Virus record (IMG/VR): IMGVR_UViG_3300006869_000094
Span: 1-25,495 of that record
From: a virus
Lineage: Duplodnaviria > Caudoviricetes
Length of the DNA stretch: 25,495 nt
Strand: one strand, 5' to 3'
Shown: piece after piece, positions 1 through 8,800 of the stretch
Layout: each line of letters opens with the position of its first letter
How positions within the stretch are numbered: the first letter of the stretch is position 1
Translations under genes and position numbers: made by a program
Notes under the pieces: generated by a model
What the model saw: only the letters and a program-made list of their open reading frames with translations
Databases searched by the model: none
Told to the model about the DNA's origin: nothing

Positions 1-2484
1 GAGTTCCCCGGGCGTTATAGTACGTAAAGTAGACCAAGAACTATTATTAGTCGAATATTCTAGTGCTAAATCATCATCAGCGAAGTCTTCTGGTGCATTA
101 CCCCAAGTTCCACCTTTAGAGACATAGAAATATATTTTATCAACCGTATTTAAATAAACTCTATTCTGAGAAGTTGCATATCTATTAGATGATCCTGCAA
201 CACCACTATCACCAAAAACAATGATTGGAGTAGTTGATGGCACTTCCGTGCTAGTGGGCATAGAACTGACACTTGCAGGTGTTGTTAATCTAGAGTTAGT
301 ACCTAAATTTGCACTCTGAATATCAAAAACTGCCAAAGAACTTGGGAAATTTCCACTATCATTACTTTCTGTTGGAATTTCGAGATAATCATCAAAAATA
401 AGCGATGTTACTGCCCAAGAATCTTCATTTAGTATTAACGATGTTTCACTTTGATAAAATCTTAAATAAATTGCACCATGATTTAAAATTGATGATGGTA
501 AAGACTGAACATCTACACTATAATCTCTCCAGACTGATGAAGTAATATCATTATAAGGTATAGTTATAAGAGTGGACCAAGATGATCCAGTAGTTGAATA
601 TTGGAAATATAATGTATCGTTAGTAGAAGAGTTTTTAGTAACAGAAAAATATAAAGTTTTAAGAGATTTTAAATATACTTTTGATCTTGTTCTTACATAT
701 CTGTATGCTGGCGATGCCAGACTAAAGTCAAATATTGGAGATGTAGATGGTATATTAGTAGTATGTGATATTGTAAAAGATGCAGATCCTGATGTTGTAG
801 CAGTTACGTAGGATAGATCATTTACAGTAGATTGTCCAGCATCTAAAATTGCAAAAGAAAGAGTACCACCACCAGTCCCAGATGGTCCTGGTGGTCCTTG
901 GAGTCCTTGAGTAGATTGAAGACCTTGGAGTCCTTGAGTACCTTGAATACTATCACCAGATATTCCAGGTGCTCCTTGAAGACCTTGGCGTCCTTGAGAT
1001 CCTTGTCCACCCTGAACACTATATCCTTGAAGACCTTGAACACCTTGATCTCCTTTATCTCCTTGTTGACCAGAAACACCTTGAAATCCTTGTGATCCTC
1101 TTGAAGCTTGAGTTCCCTGACTTCCTTGAGGACCCTGATTACTTAATCCCTGAGCACCTTGGCGTCCTTGGTGCCCCTGAAGTCCCTGAAGTCCTTGAGC
1201 ACCTTGATCTCCTTTATTGCCAGTTGCTCCCGAAAATCCTTGAGTACCTTGATTTCCTTGAGTACCACCACCCTGGACTCCCTGAGCACCTTGATCTCCA
1301 GATCCTTGAACACCTTGAGGACCTTGTGATCCAACACCCTGAGATCCCTGTAAACCTTGAGTACCTTGACGACCTTGAGTACCTTGACGACCTTGAGTAC
1401 CTTGGAAATTACTTAAAAATCCCTGAACACCCTGAATACCCTGAGTACCCTGAGTACCTTGCGAACCACTTCCTTGTGTTCCTTGGAAATTACTTAAAAA
1501 TCCCTGAACACCCTGAACACCTTGAGGACCCTGTTGCCCCTGAATACCCTGGCGTCCTTGGGTTCCTTGGAAATTACTTAATGATCCTTGTGTTCCATGT
1601 TTTCCTTGAGTTCCTTGATCACCTTGAAGTCCCTGAAGTCCTTGAGTTCCTTGATCACCCTTTTCTCCAGCAACACCAGAAAATCCTTGAGTACCTTGAG
1701 AACCTTGAGGACCTTGAGAACCAACACCTTGATTACCCTGAGAACCTTGAGGTCCTTGAGAACCAACACCCTGAAGTCCTTGTGTTCCCTGAGAACCACT
1801 TTCACCTTGAACTCCTTGAGAACCTTGAGAACCTTGAGAACCTTGGATTCCTTGTGTACCTTGATCACCGGCTCCAGTATTTCCTTGCAATCCTTGAGAT
1901 CCTTGTGTTCCCTGGGATCCCTGAACACTAAGTCCTTGATTTCCTTGAGTACCTTGGAAATTACTTAGTGATCCCTGAACACCCTGAGATCCTTGAGTTG
2001 CTTGAGAACCTTGGCGTCCTTGAAGTCCTTGAAGTCCTTGAAGTCCCTGATTTCCCTGAAGTCCTTGAAGTCCTTGAAGTCCTTGGATTCCCTGATTGCC
2101 TTGTGTGCCTTGAAAATTACTTAATGAACCCTGAAGTCCTTGAAGTCCTTGAAGTCCTTGAGCACCTTGAGTACCTTGATTACCTTGATTACCTTGAGTA
2201 CCCTGAAAATTACTTAATGCTCCTTGAGTGCCTTGAGCACCTTGAATACCTGCACCTTGTTGATCGGTAGATTTAACCCAATATCTTTTACCAATATTCC
2301 CATCAACAGCAACTAAAACATACTGTTCTCCCGCAGGAACAGGATTTACACCAGTAGAAGATACTCCTACAATAGGATCACCTAAATCTGGTTCAGCTTG
2401 CTCTAATCCTAAAAAATCATATCTATCGGAAGTTATACCCGTTTGATCAAATCTTCTTACTCTTCCAGAATTATATTTTGCCAT
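1..2484 (-). CDS. Collagen-like tail fibre/structural protein with C-terminal Reelin-like repeats; 3' end runs off the window (>=828 aa)
   Basis: Not in the ORF track. ATG at 2484 (MAKYNSGRVRRFDQTGITSDRYDFLGLEQAEPDLGDP...). Manual translation of 1-960 and spot checks through the repeat region stay in one open frame to base 1. Gly-X-Gln repeats at ~877-2256, then a globular region with two YS-x5-W motifs. Confidence 0.9.
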   Translation of the reverse strand, partial: MAKYNSGRVRRFDQTGITSDRYDFLGLEQAEPDLGDPIVGVSSTGVNPVPAGEQYVLVAVDGNIGKRYWVKSTDQQGAGIQGAQGTQGALSNFQGTQGNQGNQGTQGAQGLQGLQGLQGSLSNFQGTQGNQGIQGLQGLQGLQGNQGLQGLQGLQGRQGSQATQGSQGVQGSLSNFQGTQGNQGLSVQGSQGTQGSQGLQGNTGAGDQGTQGIQGSQGSQGSQGVQGESGSQGTQGLQGVGSQGPQGSQGNQGVGSQGPQGSQGTQGFSGVAGEKGDQGTQGLQGLQGDQGTQGKHGTQGSLSNFQGTQGRQGIQGQQGPQGVQGVQGFLSNFQGTQGSGSQGTQGTQGIQGVQGFLSNFQGTQGRQGTQGRQGTQGLQGSQGVGSQGPQGVQGSGDQGAQGVQGGGTQGNQGTQGFSGATGNKGDQGAQGLQGLQGHQGRQGAQGLSNQGPQGSQGTQASRGSQGFQGVSGQQGDKGDQGVQGLQGYSVQGGQGSQGRQGLQGAPGISGDSIQGTQGLQGLQSTQGLQGPPGPSGTGGGTLSFAILDAGQSTVNDLSYVTATTSGSASFTISHTTNIPSTSPIFDFSLASPAYRYVRTRSKVYLKSLKTLYFSVTKNSSTNDTLYFQYSTTGSSWSTLITIPYNDITSSVWRDYSVDVQSLPSSILNHGAIYLRFYQSETSLILNEDSWAVTSLIFDDYLEIPTESNDSGNFPSSLAVFDIQSANLGTNSRLTTPASVSSMPTSTEVPSTTPIIVFGDSGVAGSSNRYATSQNRVYLNTVDKIYFYVSKGGTWGNAPEDFADDDLALEYSTNNSSWSTLRTITPGEL
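877..2256 (-). repeat. Degenerate 9-nt tandem repeats encoding (Gly-X-Gln)n collagen-like rod, ~460 codons
   Basis: Periodic ccttgaagt/ccttgagta/ccctgaaca units on the + strand; six LSNFQG interruptions. Confidence 0.95.
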
Positions 2485-2496
2485 ATTATTTTAAAA

Positions 2497-2856
2497 TTAT
2501 TGTTTTGCAGTTTCTAATACACTAAGAATAAGTTCCAAAACACCATTTTCATTAGCACTAATTTTAATAACATCCGATGTTTCTAATGCAAGTCTTCCAT
2601 CAGAAACTAAATTAGCACCATCATTTGGTGGAATTGGAAAATCTTTAGCAAATGCATAATCTGAAGGACTTTCAGTTGAGCGAGAATGATATGCGGTTAC
2701 TGTATATGTACTCAAGGCTACACCAGAAGAAACATTAGTTACTTGTGATAAAATAATAATAGATGCTACCCCAATTGGACAAGTATATATACCAACGTTT
2801 TCAGTAGTTATCCCTACCCTAATCGATCTAAATTTATTAAGTGCTACTACTGCCAT
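2497..2856 (-). CDS. Small beta-rich protein, probably fibre-associated structural/adaptor protein
   Basis: 119-aa ORF abutting the stop of the 2713-aa gene and 12 nt from the next fibre ATG; YTCP motif and alternating hydrophobic strands. Function is inferred from context only. Confidence 0.65.
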   Translation of the reverse strand: MAVVALNKFRSIRVGITTENVGIYTCPIGVASIIILSQVTNVSSGVALSTYTVTAYHSRSTESPSDYAFAKDFPIPPNDGANLVSDGRLALETSDVIKISANENGVLELILSVLETAKQ

Positions 2857-5800
2857 TTAACTTAGTGCAAGAATAAGAGGTGTTACTGTATTTAACAGAC
2901 TTTGACTAAATGCTCTTCCGCTAATTGTTCCTGTAAGTTGATTAATTGTAAATTGATCACCAATTTTAAAATTACCTGCTTGGTCCGTGCTTGTGTAAAC
3001 AACTTGCCCACCATTTAACATTACAACTTCATTTTCTTGAATGACAACACCACCTAATGCAGGTTTTGCTTGGAAAATATTATTACCAGCACCAACCCAC
3101 TCAAATGAATGGGATGATGTAATTTGTAAACTTACTCTACTAAAGTAAACTGTTGTTCCCACACTAACTGTATTATTTAGATTCTGATTAAGAACGATAG
3201 TCGTGATTCCTGCGCTAGGTAAAGTAGCACTTTCAATGGAATAATATAATGGATACATATCTGCACTTGCAATTGCTCCAGATCCACCACCACCTACCAA
3301 TTCAATGGATGGTGGATTTAAATATTGACTACCACCACTTATAATATCAATAGATGTTACTCGCCCATTTCCATCTATATTTGAAGATGCTTCACATATA
3401 ATACCATTTGGACCTTCTGGAGATGATACTACAACTACTGGTGGTGATGTGTATCCAGATCCACCATTAGTTACATTGATTGTTTGTACAGTGAAATAAA
3501 GTTCTCCAAAATAAAGTGCTTGACCATCGTATGGACGATAAGAACCTATACCACTTACCACAATAGTGTCTTGTTCTACTTCAGCATCAGCATTGGTAAC
3601 TCCAGTGTATCTGTAAATTGATTTTGATGTTTCATCGCCAACTCCATCAGCAACAAGACCCAATCTACCAAAGGAAGAGTTGGAGTTTGTTAAGTCGCAT
3701 TGCCCACCAGATGCAGTAAAGATTGCAATATCATCACAAATAGTGAAGATAGAAACCAACTGAGCATATGCACCATTTGTAATAGAAACTCCGATGCCAC
3801 CTTGATTGTATTGGGTATAAGAATCAACACTCATAGTTCCAGTAACACCAATATCTGGCAAATCACCGGGTTCTGCCTCAAATCCATCAATTCTCATTCC
3901 GATACTATCTGGAATAAAATTGGTGCAGTTTCTAATATAAGGACCTTGTACAATATTACCAACACCTTTAGAATATGGTGGAATTACAACGCCACCAACA
4001 ACATAGGTATGACCAATTCCAGTAGTTCCCACATTAACAGAAAATTCACCAGTGGTATTATCTGCGGATAAAACACTGAATACGTATCCATTGTTTCCAG
4101 TTGGGAATATGGTTGTTGTTGCAGCACCACTTGAACAGGCAAATTCTAAGTCTCTTAAAGTTACAAAGTCGCCGCTTCTTAAATTAATTCCAGGTGCTGT
4201 TATAGTTACAATACCTGTGGTATTACTATATTCTGCTTCAGAAACTGGAATCGTCCTGTTAATTACATACCCGCCAGAAACATAATTATGTGAAATTGTA
4301 GAGATTCCAGTATAAACATCAAAGGAATTATCAGAATTGACTTTGGTCACATAAAACTCATATCCATAATATCCTGATGGGAATTTCTGAGTTGATGTTG
4401 GACCTCCAGAAGAACACGAGAATATAAGATCTCTAATTTCAATTAAATCACCGACTTTTGGAGTGAATCCTAGGGTCTTAATTGTAGTTTTTCCGGAAGT
4501 ATTTTCATAAACGGCACTTGAAACTCCTGCAAGTGTATCAAATCCATTTCCTCTATTTCCGGGGTATGTGGTGTTAAATCCAATAGTTGAAAATGCAGTA
4601 GATCCAAGACCAACAATTGTTGTTACAACACCAACACAAACCTTCATGGCGGAAGTCACATCAGCACAAGAATTAATAACATTATTAAATCCTGTATAAG
4701 GATCTGGTTGCATCGCCAGATCTTTTACTTGTAAGAACTCATTCTGGAAGTTCTCGTACTTTTGAACGGTTCCACCAGAAACATAAGTGTGAGGAAGAAC
4801 TGTTCTACCACCAACAAACTCAAATGTATTTGGTCCAACTACAGATTTAACTGGGAAAATATAATTAAATGTTCCATCTGGGAATGTATTTGTCGTATAA
4901 TTGGAAGTAAGTGTACCACCTTCAACATAAGTATGATCTAATGTTGAAATTCCAACATTTACTTTAACCACATTTGATGTGTAGAGTGCGGGATAAGAAC
5001 TAAGATTCCCTGCAGTAATTACAGTTGTAATAATTCCGATCAAATTATCAATATTTGTTCTTACATCAGCACATGAAGTTTCATCCTGATTATCACCAGT
5101 TAAAGGATCAGCAGTAATTGTCAGGTCTTTAACATTTAATTGATTAGTAATTGCTTTCTTAGCATAATCGCGTACTGCATTAAATGCAGTTACACTTTCC
5201 GCCTCTTCGCCAATCAATCCACCAGAAATTGGTGTACCATCTTTATTAAAGTATGCTCTAGTTGCCTCACGAATAAACTTATTGGTTCCGTATCTTACAT
5301 CCTTGATTAATGCGTCTACAATGTATCCAATATCTCTACGGCACTTATTCTCACCAGAAACAAAGATACCTGGATTATTGTAAATTGTATTGAGAGAAGA
5401 AAGTGAACCGGCAGAGATGACTGTCGTGGCAAGAGAAGTTAGAGTATCTAAAGCACTTTGAACGTTTGCACAAGAATCAGGATCAGTATTAGATCCAGTG
5501 GATGGATCTGCAGTAAGAGTTAAATCCTGAATCGTAAGTTGGTTTGTAATTGCCTGCTTCATCAGATCTCTTGCCTGATTAAAAGCATAAACTGATTCAG
5601 TTTCTTCTCCAACTAAACCATTAGAAATTGGAGATCCATTATTAAAATATTGCTTTACAAACGCGATTACATAAGAATTGCCGCCAGTAAAGATATCAGT
5701 CGAAATAGCATCAACAAAATACCCAAGATCGCGCTTACACTTGGTTTCTGTTGCAGAAATTCCAGGATACTCGGAAACAGTTGCAGACCAAGCACTATTG

Positions 5801-8800
5801 ACAATCTCAGTTCTGTTTTGTTGGATTAAACGATAAGAGTCCTTAAATCTAGAGAACCTTGTTGTTTGAACATCATTTGGATAATAGAAATCGGGATGAG
5901 AAATTGCAATTGCTGCAAGTGATTTATCAATAATTTCAGTTCTATTACTTTGAATTAAGTTTGAAGCATCAATATAACGATTATCTGTAGTGGCAATTAC
6001 GGTGAAGTCATATCCAAGATTACCTGATGGGTAATATGCAGTTGAGGGTCCACCGCCACTATTACACTCCCAAACAAGATTTTCTAATTTAATCTTTTTA
6101 CCAGGTTCAATAAACAAATGTGCTCCCGTAGTTGTTCCCAACCCGACCGCAGTTACAGTTGTAATACCTGTGGTGCGATCATAAGATGTAGTTGAAATTC
6201 CAAAGATAGGTGTATAAAGTTTAGAAACTTGCCCACCATACTGATAATCATGATCTAATGTAGAAACTCCAACATTTACTGTGAATGTTTTTCTATCTAA
6301 AATATCTTGAACTGTAAATTCATATCCAAGATTTCCCGATGGATAAATTGCAGTTGAAGGTCCTCCACCACTATCACATTGGAATACTAATCCTTCAAGT
6401 TTAACTCTGTCTCCAGACTTAATTGGGAGTGCGGAAGATGTTTCAACTGTAGAAATTCCAGTAATTCTATCATAAGAAGCAGTTACAACTCCTACAGGGA
6501 AACCGGCAGATCCTGAAGTACACGCATAAGTAAGACCCTGAACTTTGACTGGATCATTTTGAGATAGACCATGATTAATTGCAGTTACTGTTGTAATACC
6601 AGTTTGAGCATCAAAAACAGCATCTACAACTGTAGTTCCCAACCCAACAGGATAACCACCCCATGAACAATTATTAATTACTGCTCTTGCAATATTGAAT
6701 GAATAGTCAAAAGTTGATATAGTTTGCTGAACTTCTCCTGGATTTTTAAGGATTCCACTCTTCAATGTCCAATCTTCATTGTAGTATGCTTTTCCTGAAG
6801 TAACTGATCTAGAATTACCACCTCTTGTAATATCATAAATTATTCCTCTCCAGACATCTTTAATATCATCAGCACAGTCATTACTTTCTAAAGTAACTCC
6901 ATATCTAACTGCAGGAGCACCACTAGTTGAACCTGCACCAATCATACTAGTAACAATACCTACAAGTTGAGTAATTGTCGTTCCTACACCTACACAACCA
7001 CCCTCAACCTGTATTACCGAAAGATTCTTAACCTGAGATACGCTATTCCCAACACCCTGATATGAGATTGATGGGGTTAAATTATTAATTACATGTGTTG
7101 CAATACCTGCAGCATAATCAAGTGCAGCAATTGTTGCTTCCGAAACACCAACTCCAGTAATATGAATTAAACCACCAGAACTACTGAAATAAGAATAACC
7201 TGCACCAATTGATTTACGATTACTATTTGCCTTTAGATCATAAGACACTGCCTGCATAATGCTAACGACATCTTCTTTGCAATTTGTATAACTACTAATT
7301 CCAAGTGTAAAATTATATCCAGAGGGTGATGTTAGGAATCCAACTGCTTCAGCAGCAATGTAATTTAAATTCGAATCAATTAATCTTGCAGCATCTTGCT
7401 CTCTATGATTACCAGCAAATCCACTAAATCCACTGGTTAAGAAACCTACAGATTCTCTTGCAATATAATCAAGATTTATTCTAATCATTCTTGCAGCATC
7501 AAAGAATCTGTCTGTTGATACTCCAAGTAATGGTTGTAGTGCAACAACAGCAGCACCATTTGTTACTGCAGGTCCAATAAAACTACAATCAGTAATATGA
7601 CATCCATTATTTACATAGATTAAATCTTGATCTAAGTTCTTGGGTGTAATTACACAGTTTCTAAGTTCAGTACCTTCAATAGAAACTGTCTTGGCAAGAA
7701 CAATTGGATTATCTTCAACATAAGTACCTGGGAATACTTTAATAGTATCTCCAAACACTGCAACAGATGCTGCTGCTTTAATTGTTTTCTTAGGATAGTT
7801 TTCTGCTAAACCAGTATTATCATCATTACCATTTTGTGATACGTAAATAGTTTTTCCAACTGGTTTATATGATTGAATTTCAACTTTACCTTTACCGGGA
7901 ATTTGAGTTTCAAATATATCAATGCCAATACCAGGAACAATTTGAGTGACAATTCCAACTAAAGTATCACCAGAACCAAAATATTTTGTTGCGGTTGTAG
8001 TTCCAGCAACTGTTAAAGTTTCTGTTATTATACTCGTTCCGATTCCAACACTACCAGAAGAAGGATTATATACTAATTTTTCAGATGAAACATATTCAAG
8101 ATTTGTTGTTCCGCTTGTTTGTTCTAAGAATGATGGATAATATGTTTTATCAGTAGTATTATTATCTTGAACAAAAATTAAACCAGACCCAGGTATTCCT
8201 TGTAAACCTTGTGTTCCCTGTGCTCCTTGCAGACCCTGGAGACCTTGAAGACCTTGGGTACCTTGAGGTCCTTGAGATCCAACACCTTGAAGACCTTGTG
8301 TACCCTGAGTTCCTTGAGTTCCTTGAAAACTTTGAACACCCTGGACTCCCTGGACTCCCTGGACTCCTTGAGTACCTTGGCGTCCTTGAAGTCCTTGAAG
8401 TCCTTGGGTTCCTTGATTTCCCTGAACTCCCTGATTTCCTTGAGTGCCTTGAGTACCTTGATTTCCTTGAGTACCTTGGAAATTACTTAAAGATCCTTGA
8501 AGTCCTTGAAGTCCTTGAAGTCCTTGATTTCCTTGAAGTCCTTGATTTCCTTGAAGTCCTTGATTTCCCTGAACTCCTTGATTTCCTTGACGACCTTGAA
8601 CACCTTGAGAAGATTGAAGTCCTTGAGTACCTTGGAAATTACTTAATGTTCCTTGAAGTCCCTGATTTCCCTGAGCTCCTTGATTTCCTTGAGAAGATTG
8701 GAGTCCTTGGGAACCTTGATTACCTTGAGTACCTTGGAAATTACTTAAAGATCCTTGAAGTCCTTGAGCACCTTGAGCATTTTGAAGACCTTGGGAACCT

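Noticed and set aside
969-2270. Long + strand ORFs (LEVLE/LEHLE-rich, up to 320 aa) and alternate-frame KVLKD/SLRTL ORFs
   Set aside because: Shadows of the 9-nt collagen repeat, which lacks stops in most frames; no independent coding evidence.
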